Virus record (IMG/VR): IMGVR_UViG_3300031963_000004
Location: 124,001 to 188,000 of that record
Length of the DNA stretch: 64,000 nucleotides
Reading direction: 5' to 3' (one strand)
Positions 44,543-54,102 of the stretch are shown in pieces (the first letter of the stretch is position 1; every line of letters starts with the position of its first letter). A program made the position numbers and the translations under genes. The notes under the pieces were generated by a model. It had not been told where the DNA came from and ran no database searches. It saw nothing but the letters and a program-made list of their open reading frames with translations.

Positions 44543-47305
44543 ATGGCAACTCCAGAAGAAATTAACAGAGAATTATCTAACCTAGCTAGATCGTTAGGTT
44601 CTGCCAGCGCAGATATTGCATCTGCTTCTAAAACTGCTGCAACAGGAGCAAATGCAGTAAAACTATCTTTACAAACATTTGCCACTACTCTTAAATCAAC
44701 TGCTTCTAGTATAAGTGATATAAACAGCGATTTTCAAAAATTTGATGGTGCAATTACTGCCACCTCAAATTCCATACAAAGATTTAGCGTATTTTTTGGA
44801 AAATATGGAATAGCATTTAAGGGAGTAATAAAAGGCTTTGAAGCAAGCTTAAAGTCAGTGACTCAGTTTGGTGAAAGCTTAACTCAATTTTATGATAGTG
44901 TATCGGCATTAGGAGTAACAGCAAGTAGAACTACAGATCAAATTCTTGATTTAATGCACCAAGCAGGATATACACTTGCTAATTCAAAAGAGTTTTATAA
45001 GCTAGTCAAAGATTCGGGAACAACTCTTACCTCATTAGGAGAAACATCGGCTAAAGGTTTAGATAGATTAGCAAGTGTTTTTAACGTTACCCAACTAGAA
45101 GGGGCGCAGGAAAGCTTTTTAAAGTTGGGTTTGGGTCCAAAAGAACTAAACAAACTTCAATTAGAATATATTAAAAGTCAAGCTACAGTAGGATTAAAAC
45201 TTACATCAAATGATAATCTATTGCGTGAAAGCTCATTAGAGTACGCAAAATCTTTAACTAAGTTAAGTGCATTAACAGGTGAATCAAGAGATAAAGTTGC
45301 TCAAGAAATTGCTAAGAATCGCAAAGATATTAGGTACGCATTAAAAATTCAAGAACTTACAGCCAAAGGTAATCAAAAAGCTATTGATGCATTTGATAAG
45401 GCAGGAGCCATTGTTGGATTAAATTTAGGTGATGATTATAGTTCGGGATTAAGAGATTTCGTAGCTAATGGTACAGCTACTACCAAAGAAGGTGAAATGC
45501 TATTGTATAAAACTCAAGGACAAATTGCAAAATGGGTTCGTGATGTTGAAGCAGGAACAATGGATGAGGTTGAACTCGCAAGAAAAATAGCAAAAGCAGA
45601 ACAACAATTTACGCAGGGCAATAGAGAAGCTTTAACCTTCAGTGATGAATTTAGAGAAAGAATGTCATCATCAGGTGATACTATCGCAGGCGCAACTAGA
45701 TTATTAGAAATTAGAAGTAAAGAAGATGTTGATAAAATGGTAGAGGCTGCTGCTAAACGGGAGGATGCTAGAAAATCAAATCAAAGTGAAACAATAAATT
45801 TAGAGAGAAAAGCCAGTCATTTAAATGATAAACTAAGTCAAATGTTGTTTGGAACCGGCGTAGATGTTATACTTGGATTAATAGAAATTGTAAAGCAGAC
45901 AGCAAGAGGTACTATTAAATTAGCACTTATGTTACCAATTGACGGGAAATTAGAAGAATCATTAAAAGAATTAGAAACTATTTTAAGTAGTAAGGATGGA
46001 TTAGGAGAAACTAAAAAAGAACTAGATGGAAAAATTGATGAGATATCCAAACAAATAAAAGATAGAGAAAATATAGCTAAATCAATTAAACTCTCTGAAT
46101 CGGAATTAAAAGAAGCACAAGAAAGAAAAACAAAATTAGATGCAGACGTTCAAAAAGATCCAACAAGCGACCTAGCTAAAGAAACACAAAGAAATAACGA
46201 AATATTGATTGAGCGTAAACAAAGAGAAATTGAAATATTAAAACGTAAAGAAAAAGAATTAGAAGAAAAAAGAACCAAACAAGAACTTGAAAGAGATAGA
46301 AAAAAACTACTTGATCAAAGTCGTAGGGTAGAAAAAGAACGCAAGCAAACAACTAAAGCGGATCAAACAGTTCCGCCCGTAAGAACAGACAAAAAAGATG
46401 ATGGGAAAAGAAGACCATATAAGCCGCCTAAGATGGAGAGCGGTGAAGATGATGATAGAACAATATACCCTGAGCTAGCACCTGTCAAAGGAAAGTTTAG
46501 TAACATAGATTATGTAGATGCTAGATTCCAAAAACAATTTCAAGGATTGATTGATGAAATGGAAGAAAGGGGCTATAAGGTAAAAACACTAAGCGGTTAT
46601 AGAAAACATAATACGGTTCGTGGAGGTCCTTATAGCGCACATGCCTTTGGTATAGCCATTGATGTTAATGCTAAAGAAAACTGGGGTAACATGGATACTG
46701 GAGGTGAAGGACCAGTTAAAACTGACATGCCAGCATATTTTTCTCAATTAGCGAAAAAATATGGCTTAGGATGGGGTAAGGATTGGGGAGGTAAGTGGAA
46801 GGATCCTATGCATTTTAGCGGCATGCCTAAAGAGGGTGGTAGTTTAGTTAAGGGAACAAAACACATTTATCCTCAGTTTAAAAGAGGTGGCGTAGGTCAA
46901 GGTCCAGAATCTGGTTATGATGTTACACTACATGGTAGAGAGGCAATCGTCCCATTCAATGGAAAACCAATTCAAGTAAAGATTAATGACAAAAATCTTA
47001 AGATTGACCATAAGAAAAAGTTTAATGAATTAGCTGAAAGAGCTAATGAAATGCGTCAAAAACTACAAGAAAAGACCAACAAAGTTGATCTAAAAGCTAA
47101 AGATACTACAGTAGATTTTACTGAGATAACCAATAATATTAAGGCAAAAATAGTAAACTTAAATCAATTTTACCAAGAAAATCAAGAGGATACAGTAGAT
47201 ACATCATTAGCAGATGCGTTAGTTAATAAGCTTGAAAATATGATTTCTAGTGTGGATCGCAGCAATTCCATACACAACGATCTAAAAATGTATCTACGCA
47301 ATTAA
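44543..47305 (+). CDS. Tape-measure-like protein 2 with M15 peptidoglycan peptidase domain
   Basis: Helical N-terminal part; SGYR...SAHAFGIAID...WGKDW...DPMHF (M15 Zn-peptidase); GG...GP.SGY...LHG.EA.VP motif. Confidence 0.7.
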   Translation: MATPEEINRELSNLARSLGSASADIASASKTAATGANAVKLSLQTFATTLKSTASSISDINSDFQKFDGAITATSNSIQRFSVFFGKYGIAFKGVIKGFEASLKSVTQFGESLTQFYDSVSALGVTASRTTDQILDLMHQAGYTLANSKEFYKLVKDSGTTLTSLGETSAKGLDRLASVFNVTQLEGAQESFLKLGLGPKELNKLQLEYIKSQATVGLKLTSNDNLLRESSLEYAKSLTKLSALTGESRDKVAQEIAKNRKDIRYALKIQELTAKGNQKAIDAFDKAGAIVGLNLGDDYSSGLRDFVANGTATTKEGEMLLYKTQGQIAKWVRDVEAGTMDEVELARKIAKAEQQFTQGNREALTFSDEFRERMSSSGDTIAGATRLLEIRSKEDVDKMVEAAAKREDARKSNQSETINLERKASHLNDKLSQMLFGTGVDVILGLIEIVKQTARGTIKLALMLPIDGKLEESLKELETILSSKDGLGETKKELDGKIDEISKQIKDRENIAKSIKLSESELKEAQERKTKLDADVQKDPTSDLAKETQRNNEILIERKQREIEILKRKEKELEEKRTKQELERDRKKLLDQSRRVEKERKQTTKADQTVPPVRTDKKDDGKRRPYKPPKMESGEDDDRTIYPELAPVKGKFSNIDYVDARFQKQFQGLIDEMEERGYKVKTLSGYRKHNTVRGGPYSAHAFGIAIDVNAKENWGNMDTGGEGPVKTDMPAYFSQLAKKYGLGWGKDWGGKWKDPMHFSGMPKEGGSLVKGTKHIYPQFKRGGVGQGPESGYDVTLHGREAIVPFNGKPIQVKINDKNLKIDHKKKFNELAERANEMRQKLQEKTNKVDLKAKDTTVDFTEITNNIKAKIVNLNQFYQENQEDTVDTSLADALVNKLENMISSVDRSNSIHNDLKMYLRN

Positions 47306-47320
47306 ACAATAAATACAAGT

Positions 47321-49075
47321 ATGAAATATAAAAAGCGTTTTACGGCTGTTAATACTACAGGGGCACTAAGCCCCATTTCTGGTTTTAACAGTAATTCCGA
47401 TAATTGGAACAGCCCAACTGGTGGTTGGAACAATCAAGAATTTGGATACAAGAATTATCTAAGCAGATTGCCAGAAGTTTATACTGGACATCCTAATCGT
47501 ATTGAAAGATATAACCAATACGAAATGATGGATGTAGATGCCGAAGTCAATGCTTGTTTAGACATTATCGCTGAGTTCAGTACACAACTAAACGAACAAA
47601 ATAGCACACCTTTTCACATTGATTTTAAAGAAGATCCTACTGAACACGAAGTAGAACTAATTAAAAAGCAACTACAACAATGGTGCAAACTCAATGAGTT
47701 TGACAACCGTATGTTTAAAATCTTCAGAAACACTATAAAGTACGGTGATCAAGTCTTTATCCGTGACCCTGAGAATTTTAAGTTATATTGGGTAGACATG
47801 ACTAAAGTTGGCAAAGTAATTGTCAATGAAAGTACAGGTAAAGAACCTGAGCAGTATGTCATCAAAGACATTAACGTAAATTTACAGAATCTTTCAGTTG
47901 CAGCAAAGACTACAACAGATTTTCAAGCGCAACCCCCAACAGCAGGATATAGCGCGCCATATAGTTACACAGTTCCGAATGAGCCTTACGGTACCACAGG
48001 AAGTAGATTTAGTTTAGGACAAAATGAATCCGCAATAGATGCTAAACATATTGTTCATCTAAGTTTAACAGAGGGGTTAGACAGATATTGGCCTTTTGGT
48101 CAAAGTATTTTAGAGAATATATTTAAAGTATACAAACAAAAAGAATTGCTGGAAGATGCTATTCTTATCTACCGTATTTCACGTGCTCCAGAGCGCAGAA
48201 TGTTTAAGATTGATGTTGGTAATATGCCAAGTCATATGGCTATGGCTTTCGTTGACCGTGTTAAGAATGAGATTCATCAGCGTAGAATCCCAACAGTAGG
48301 TGGCGGTGGCGGCACAATGGATGCTACATATAATCCACTAAGTATCAATGAAGATTACTTCTTTCCTGTTACTGCTGACGGTCGTGGATCAAGCGTAGAA
48401 ATACTACAGGGCGGTCAAAACTTAGGTGAGATTGATGACCTAAAATACTTCAATAATAGATTAGCACGTGGTCTACGTGTTCCAAGTAGTTACTTACCTA
48501 CTGGACCTGATGATGGTCAAACACCATTAAATGATGGTCGTGTAGGTACTGCAATGATTCAGGAATTTAGATTTAATGAATATTGCAAGAGATTACAAAA
48601 GTCTGTCAGTCAACAAATAGATAATGAATTCAAGCTTTTCCTACGTTGGAGAGGGTTTAACATTGATTCTAGTTTGTTTGACTTACGATTCAATGAACCA
48701 CAGAACTTTGCAGCATATCGCCAAAGTGAACTTGACACAGCAAGAGTAACAACATTTGCTAGTATGGAAGCCTTCCCCTACATTAGTAAACGATTCGCAC
48801 TCAAACGTTTCTTAGGATTGACTGAAGAAGAACTCAAAGAAAACGAAAAAATGTGGGAAGAAGAAAGAGAAAAGCCTGATGATATGGAACCACAAGGCGG
48901 AGACCTACGTAACATCGGAGTTAGTGCAGGTGACATAGACACTGACTTAGAAAGTGCAGAAGGTATGGAACAAGGTCAAGATATGGGCCAACCTCCTGAA
49001 GTAGCCCCAGGTGTTATGGGTCCTGAATCAGCGCCCGCAATGGCACCACCAATGGCTCCACCGGGCGCTATGTAA
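47321..49075 (+). CDS. gp20: Portal protein, T4 gp20-like
   Basis: Y..M..D.EV...LD.IA; LLEDAILIYRISRAPERR.FKIDVGNMP; EDYFFP...GRGS.VE.L.GGQNLGEIDD..YF. Confidence 0.95.
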   Translation: MKYKKRFTAVNTTGALSPISGFNSNSDNWNSPTGGWNNQEFGYKNYLSRLPEVYTGHPNRIERYNQYEMMDVDAEVNACLDIIAEFSTQLNEQNSTPFHIDFKEDPTEHEVELIKKQLQQWCKLNEFDNRMFKIFRNTIKYGDQVFIRDPENFKLYWVDMTKVGKVIVNESTGKEPEQYVIKDINVNLQNLSVAAKTTTDFQAQPPTAGYSAPYSYTVPNEPYGTTGSRFSLGQNESAIDAKHIVHLSLTEGLDRYWPFGQSILENIFKVYKQKELLEDAILIYRISRAPERRMFKIDVGNMPSHMAMAFVDRVKNEIHQRRIPTVGGGGGTMDATYNPLSINEDYFFPVTADGRGSSVEILQGGQNLGEIDDLKYFNNRLARGLRVPSSYLPTGPDDGQTPLNDGRVGTAMIQEFRFNEYCKRLQKSVSQQIDNEFKLFLRWRGFNIDSSLFDLRFNEPQNFAAYRQSELDTARVTTFASMEAFPYISKRFALKRFLGLTEEELKENEKMWEEEREKPDDMEPQGGDLRNIGVSAGDIDTDLESAEGMEQGQDMGQPPEVAPGVMGPESAPAMAPPMAPPGAM

Positions 49076-49088
49076 GATAAATAATAGT

Positions 49089-49313
49089 ATGAAACTTTTC
49101 GAAATGTTTGACAAAGCAGTACCAGGTTATCAGGATGAAAAAGACGATAACAGCAAACCACGTTGGAAAGAAAGTCGCAAAACTAAACTCACATTACGCC
49201 AAATTCGTAAACTACGTAAGATGAATGATGTAAGAAATTACGAAAGGGCACAAAAACTCAAAAAAATACGTAATCAATATAAACCAGCTGAACAGGCTGC
49301 GGCACCAATTTAA
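49089..49313 (+). CDS. Small basic prohead-associated protein (74 aa; start reassigned to ATG 49089)
   Basis: MKLFEMFD...RKTKLTLRQIRKLRKM; late promoter GATAAATA at 49076-49083 immediately upstream. Confidence 0.7.
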   Translation: MKLFEMFDKAVPGYQDEKDDNSKPRWKESRKTKLTLRQIRKLRKMNDVRNYERAQKLKKIRNQYKPAEQAAAPI

Positions 49314-49417
49314 TCCAAAATTTTTCAAAAAACGTAAAAAAATAGCACATTTTGAGCTGTTTTTAGTACTACTCGCTAAATAAATTTACAAAGCCATTTC
49401 TATAGGAGAATTGAATA

Positions 49418-50287
49418 ATGGATAACAGAAAATTTGAACAACTTATTGATATGATTATCAATGAGGAAGAAGATAAAGCACGTGCGTTATTTCACGATAT
49501 CGTAGTAGAAAAAAGTCGTGAAATATATGAGTCCATGATGTACGCAGAAGGCGATATGCCCCATGGTGAAGTAGGTGATCTATTAGGTGAAATCGGAGCC
49601 GAAGTTGAGAGAGAAGAATCAGGCATGACCGAAGAAGATGATGAGTTTGCCGACATTGACGTTGATGACGAAGATGGTATGGGCGATGAGTCAGACATGG
49701 ATATGGATATGGGCGACGGTGAAGAAGAATTAGAGGACCGTGTTGTTGATCTAGAAGATAAACTAGATATGCTAATGGCTGAGTTCGAAGAACTAATGGG
49801 CCAAGAAGGCGACATGGGCGATGAAGAAATGGGCGACATGGGCGATGAAGAACAGTTTATGGAAGGCTCTCGTGACCCAGAAGGAGAAGAAGCAGTTGAA
49901 GAATCAGAAGCACTAGATGAAGAAGAAAATCTAGAAGAATCTGTTCAATTGAAAAAAGTTCCTGGCCTATATGACAGCAAAATAGGTGGTGATGACGGTC
50001 AGAACACAAAGAGTGTTGCACTAAGCAAGCCAAAAGTCACACAAACTGGCGCTAAAGCAGTTAACTTCTCAGGTGAGTCAAGTTCAGGTGGTACACAAGG
50101 TGGTGTATTAAACCCAAGTCCAAAGACAATTCCAGGTAGTTACAAGAACGCACCAGGTGGTAAGAACTTTAGTGAAAAGGGCGAAGCAGCTCCTAAGCCA
50201 AAGCACGGTGAAGGAAGCCAAGGACAAAACAACAAGAGTATCGTTGGTGAGTCCAAGAAGTCCGTTAAGAAAATTATTAAGAAGTAA
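49418..50287 (+). CDS. Acidic prohead core protein (gp67/68-like)
   Basis: Very Asp/Glu-rich; between portal and protease; A..LFHDIVVEKSR.IYE; GGAG RBS and late promoter at 49375-49382. Confidence 0.65.
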   Translation: MDNRKFEQLIDMIINEEEDKARALFHDIVVEKSREIYESMMYAEGDMPHGEVGDLLGEIGAEVEREESGMTEEDDEFADIDVDDEDGMGDESDMDMDMGDGEEELEDRVVDLEDKLDMLMAEFEELMGQEGDMGDEEMGDMGDEEQFMEGSRDPEGEEAVEESEALDEEENLEESVQLKKVPGLYDSKIGGDDGQNTKSVALSKPKVTQTGAKAVNFSGESSSGGTQGGVLNPSPKTIPGSYKNAPGGKNFSEKGEAAPKPKHGEGSQGQNNKSIVGESKKSVKKIIKK

Positions 50288-50302
50288 GGAACTCTAAAAC
50301 AA

Positions 50303-50938
50303 ATGGCTTTGTATCTTAGAGAAAACTTAACATTCGACCGTGCTAACATGGTCGTTGAAAGTATAGCAGATGGAGAGAACAAAAAGTCTCTCTATATGAA
50401 GGGTATTTTCATTCAGGGCGGGGTAAAGAACGCAAATGAGCGTGTTTACCCTGTTAATGAAATTGAAAATGCTGTGCAAACTCTAAATGAACAAATTCTT
50501 GAAGGCAACAGCGTTTTAGGCGAGGTTGACCACCCAGATGATTTAAAAATCAATTTAGACCGTGTGTCACACATGATTACTAATATGTGGATGGACGGTC
50601 CTAATGGTTTCGGTAAATTGAAAATATTACCAACTCCAATGGGACAACTTATTTCAAGTATGTTAGAAGCTGGAGTGAAGTTAGGTGTTAGTAGTAGAGG
50701 AAGCGGCAACGTGGATGATACTACAGGTAAGGTTAGTGACTTTGAAATAGTCACTGTGGATATTGTCGCACAGCCTAGTGCGCCTAATGCTTATCCAAAA
50801 GCAATTTATGAAGGCATGATGAATATGAAGCATGGTCATAAGTTACTAGAAATAGCAAAAGACGCACAAAACGACAAGAAAGTACAGAGATACCTGAAAG
50901 ACGAAGTGGTTCGTCTTATCAAGGACCTCAAGATATAA
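50303..50938 (+). CDS. gp21: Prohead protease, T4 gp21-like
   Basis: GIFIQ..VKNAN.RVYP, GEVDHP, RVSH, GVSSRGSG and DIVAQPSAPNAYP. Confidence 0.95.
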   Translation: MALYLRENLTFDRANMVVESIADGENKKSLYMKGIFIQGGVKNANERVYPVNEIENAVQTLNEQILEGNSVLGEVDHPDDLKINLDRVSHMITNMWMDGPNGFGKLKILPTPMGQLISSMLEAGVKLGVSSRGSGNVDDTTGKVSDFEIVTVDIVAQPSAPNAYPKAIYEGMMNMKHGHKLLEIAKDAQNDKKVQRYLKDEVVRLIKDLKI

Positions 50939-50950
50939 GGGAGTTTAAGC

Positions 50951-52051
50951 ATGTTAGATGCTATCAAACCATTACTTGAGAGTGGTATCATTAACGAAGA
51001 AACCAGCCAAGCTATAAACGAGGCATGGGAATATAAGTTACATGAAGCCAAAGAACAAGTCCGTGCAGAACTACGTGAGGAATTCGCACAAAGATATGAA
51101 CATGACAAGAATGTAATGGTGGAAGCCCTTGACAACATGATGACAGAGAGTTTATCACAAGAAATTGCAGAATTTCACAATGATAGACAAGCAATGAACG
51201 AAGACCGCGTTAAGGCACAATTAAAACTACGTGAAAACGCAAGTAAGTTCAATGATTTTATGGTAACAAAATTAGCAGAAGAAATCAAAGAACTACGTAG
51301 TGATCGCCAAATACAAAAAGAAAGTCAACAAAAGCTAGAGCAATTTATTGTTCATGCACTTGCACGTGAAATTAAAGAATTCGCACAAGACAAGCAAGCA
51401 GTTGTTGAAGCTAAGGTTAAGTTGGTTGCTGAAGGACGCAAGCAATTAGTGGCATTGAAGCAAAAGTTCGTTGCCGAAAGCGCAAAGCGTATCAACAGTG
51501 CTGTTACATCACAACTTAAGGGTGAAATTGGTCAGTTGAAGGAAGATATCCAACTTGCACGTGAAAATGCATTTGGACGTAAAATCTTTGAAGCATATGC
51601 AAGCGAGTTTAGCGTAACTCATTTAAATGAGAAAGCGGAAACACGTAAGTTAATTAATGCATTAGAAGAAAAAGACCAACAACTAGCCGAGTCCATCGAC
51701 CAAATCAACAGAGCGAGAGTTCTAGTTGAGAGTAAAGAACGTGAAGTTCGTGTAATTAAGGAAAGCAACCTTCGTGAAAAGACTATGGCAGATTTGCTAG
51801 GTCCATTAAACGAAGAAAAGGCTTCATTAATGAAGAACTTACTAGAAAGCGTCCAAACACATCGTTTACAGGCCGCTTTTGATAAGTATCTACCAGCAGT
51901 TCTTAATAACGGAACAGAAAAAACAACAAGTAGAAAACCTGTTTTAACTGAATCAGTTAAGGAAGTTACTGGTGATAAAGCTGCAATCAAACCTAAAGTC
52001 GAAGAATCACGTGACAACGTGATCGACATTAAGCGTTTGGCAGGGCTTTAA
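50951..52051 (+). CDS. gp22: Prohead scaffold protein, T4 gp22-like
   Basis: Coiled-coil Glu/Lys/Ala-rich protein between protease and capsid; FGRKIFEA.A.E. Confidence 0.8.
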   Translation: MLDAIKPLLESGIINEETSQAINEAWEYKLHEAKEQVRAELREEFAQRYEHDKNVMVEALDNMMTESLSQEIAEFHNDRQAMNEDRVKAQLKLRENASKFNDFMVTKLAEEIKELRSDRQIQKESQQKLEQFIVHALAREIKEFAQDKQAVVEAKVKLVAEGRKQLVALKQKFVAESAKRINSAVTSQLKGEIGQLKEDIQLARENAFGRKIFEAYASEFSVTHLNEKAETRKLINALEEKDQQLAESIDQINRARVLVESKEREVRVIKESNLREKTMADLLGPLNEEKASLMKNLLESVQTHRLQAAFDKYLPAVLNNGTEKTTSRKPVLTESVKEVTGDKAAIKPKVEESRDNVIDIKRLAGL

Positions 52052-52080
52052 TTAGACATACGAATTAGGAGAAATATATT

Positions 52081-53277
52081 ATGTCACAAGTACTCTTAGA
52101 AAGCCGTTGGGACGAGACCAAAGAAGCTCTGTTAGAAGGCTTAAAGGCAAATCGTCGTTCAACAATGGGTGTTCTTTTAGAAAACACTCGCAAGCAACTA
52201 CTTGCTGAAAGTTCAGCAGGTACAACAACAGCTGGTAACATCGCTACATTAAACCGTGTAATTCTACCGGTTATCCGTCGTGTGATGCCTACTGTTATCG
52301 CTAATGAACTAGTCGGCGTTCAGCCAATGACTGGTCCAGTAGGCCAAATTCATACACTACGTGTACGTTATGCAAACAGCTTAACAGACAACAGCGCAGC
52401 AGGTACAAGCGTTGTTGCAGGTGAAGAAGCACTATCACCATTCAAGATTGCTCAAGCATATTCACGTGCTAAGTCAGGTGATTCATCAACAAGTGGTTAC
52501 ACTGGTAACGATACTGCTGCTTTAGAAGGTAACGGCGGTAAGCAAATCAGCGTACAAATCTTACGTCAGGCTGTTGAAGCTAAGTCACGTAAGCTACAAG
52601 CTCGTTGGACATTCGAAGCTGCACAAGACGCTCAAAGCCAGCATGGTATTGACGTTGAAGCAGAAATTATGGCAGCGTTAGCACAAGAAATTACTGCTGA
52701 AATCGATCAGGAAATCTTGCTATCACTACGTACATTAGCAACAACTGAATTTACATTCAACCAAGCTACAGTAAGCGGTACAGCTACTTATGTTGGTGAC
52801 GAACACGCTGCATTAGCTGTTCTAATCAACCGTGTTGCTAACTTAATCGCTCAGCGTACACGTCGTGGCGCTGGTAACTGGGCAGTTGTTAGCTCAGCAG
52901 CATTGACTGTTCTACAGTCAGCTACAACTTCAGCATTTGCACGTACAACAGAAGGTACATTCGAAGCTCCTACAAACACTAAGTTTGTTGGTACATTGAA
53001 TGGTGCTATGCGTGTGTTTGTTGATAGCTATGCTCCTGACACAACTCCAGTACTAGTTGGTTACAAAGGATCAAGCGAAACTGACGCAGCAGCATTCTAT
53101 TGCCCATACATTCCATTGATGAGCAGTGGTGTTGTTCTAGATCCATCAACATTTGAGCCAGTAGTTAGCTTCATGACTCGTTATGGTTATATTGAGTTAA
53201 CTAACACTGCATCAAGCTTCGGTAACGCGGCTGACTATGTTGGTGAAATCGCAGTAAGCAACCTAACATTCCAATAA
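52081..53277 (+). CDS. gp23: Major capsid protein, T4 gp23-like
   Basis: LPVIRRVMP..IANELVGVQPMTGP.GQI, AKSRKL.A.W..EAAQD...HG.D.E.E, EIDQEI, FYCPYIPL and FMTRYG; strongly biased codon usage. Confidence 0.97.
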   Translation: MSQVLLESRWDETKEALLEGLKANRRSTMGVLLENTRKQLLAESSAGTTTAGNIATLNRVILPVIRRVMPTVIANELVGVQPMTGPVGQIHTLRVRYANSLTDNSAAGTSVVAGEEALSPFKIAQAYSRAKSGDSSTSGYTGNDTAALEGNGGKQISVQILRQAVEAKSRKLQARWTFEAAQDAQSQHGIDVEAEIMAALAQEITAEIDQEILLSLRTLATTEFTFNQATVSGTATYVGDEHAALAVLINRVANLIAQRTRRGAGNWAVVSSAALTVLQSATTSAFARTTEGTFEAPTNTKFVGTLNGAMRVFVDSYAPDTTPVLVGYKGSSETDAAAFYCPYIPLMSSGVVLDPSTFEPVVSFMTRYGYIELTNTASSFGNAADYVGEIAVSNLTFQ

Positions 53278-53311
53278 TCTTTTATTCTCAATCGGGATGG
53301 GAAGAACAAGG

Positions 53312-53335
53312 AAGCGCACTTCGGTGCGCTTTTTT
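53312..53335 (+). terminator. Rho-independent terminator after the major capsid gene
   Basis: AAGCGCAC-TTCG-GTGCGCTT followed by a T run (cUUCGg tetraloop). Confidence 0.9.
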
Positions 53336-53368
53336 GTTATGTTGCGTAACATATAAAGCCAAAATAGA

Positions 53369-53376
53369 GATAAATA
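53369..53376 (+). promoter_or_regulatory. Late promoter (GATAAATA) for the fibre gene cluster
   Basis: Recurrent motif just after the terminator. Confidence 0.55.
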
Positions 53377-53409
53377 AAGTATATTACTATATTTTTTACG
53401 GAAGAATTC

Positions 53410-54093
53410 ATGGCAGCAGAACCATTTAACTCAGCAGGCGGTTATACATATGGTATACCTCCTCAACCACTCATAACATCAAACGGTAATCTTAGTGCAA
53501 TAAACGCAACCTTTGCAAATGTTAACGTGTCTGGTAATCTTATCACTAGTGGAACAATAAGTGCGGATAATTTTATTGGAAACGTTCAAGGAAATATTAC
53601 TGGTGATTTTGCAGTTGTGGGTCCGGACAAAGGTATTGTATATAATAAAGCTGGGATAATTTTTTCAGACGATAATTTTAAGTTTGACTATGCAAATGCT
53701 ACTTTAAATTTAAATGGTAATCTAGTAACAAATAGTATTACGTTGGGGGTAGGACCTCTTGAATTTAGCAAAGCCATAGTGTTTAACGCAACAACAAACA
53801 GTAGCACACCAGAACAGCCCCTACATACAATAGCTGCTAACACAGTATCTTCAATTGACTATGTTGTTGTTGCAACTGATGCAACTGCTAACACAAGACA
53901 AACTAGTAAATTAATTGCAGGTGTTTTAGGTGACACCGTTGAGTATTTTGAATACGGTACAATTGATATAAACGGTGGAGTATGCGATGTTAGAATCAAA
54001 AACGAAACAGGTAACGTCATACTGACTGTAAGCCCAATGACTTCTAATCAGATCACCTATAAGATTATGGTGACTACAGTTAAAGAAGGATAA
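53410..54093 (+). CDS. Virion fibre/decoration protein
   Basis: N-terminal FNSAGGY, Asn-rich beta repeats, and a C-terminal domain resembling those of 54103.. and 61583.. Confidence 0.6.
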   Translation: MAAEPFNSAGGYTYGIPPQPLITSNGNLSAINATFANVNVSGNLITSGTISADNFIGNVQGNITGDFAVVGPDKGIVYNKAGIIFSDDNFKFDYANATLNLNGNLVTNSITLGVGPLEFSKAIVFNATTNSSTPEQPLHTIAANTVSSIDYVVVATDATANTRQTSKLIAGVLGDTVEYFEYGTIDINGGVCDVRIKNETGNVILTVSPMTSNQITYKIMVTTVKEG

Positions 54094-54102
54094 CAAAAAG
54101 AA

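Noticed and set aside
49011-49088. N-terminal extension of the 49011..49313 ORF (and likewise 4278..4319 of the 3972 ORF)
   Set aside because: The extensions overlap the upstream gene and/or the promoter. Downstream ATGs at 49089 and 4277 have promoter or RBS support.
49808-49852. Tandem 21-nt repeat ggcgacatgggcgatgaagaa
   Set aside because: Simple duplication encoding GDMGDEE in a low-complexity acidic region; no sign of an independent function.
35055-53277. Inteins or introns in gp46, gp47, portal or capsid genes
   Set aside because: Protein lengths and motif spacing are normal, and no intein splice motifs or reading-frame interruptions were seen.
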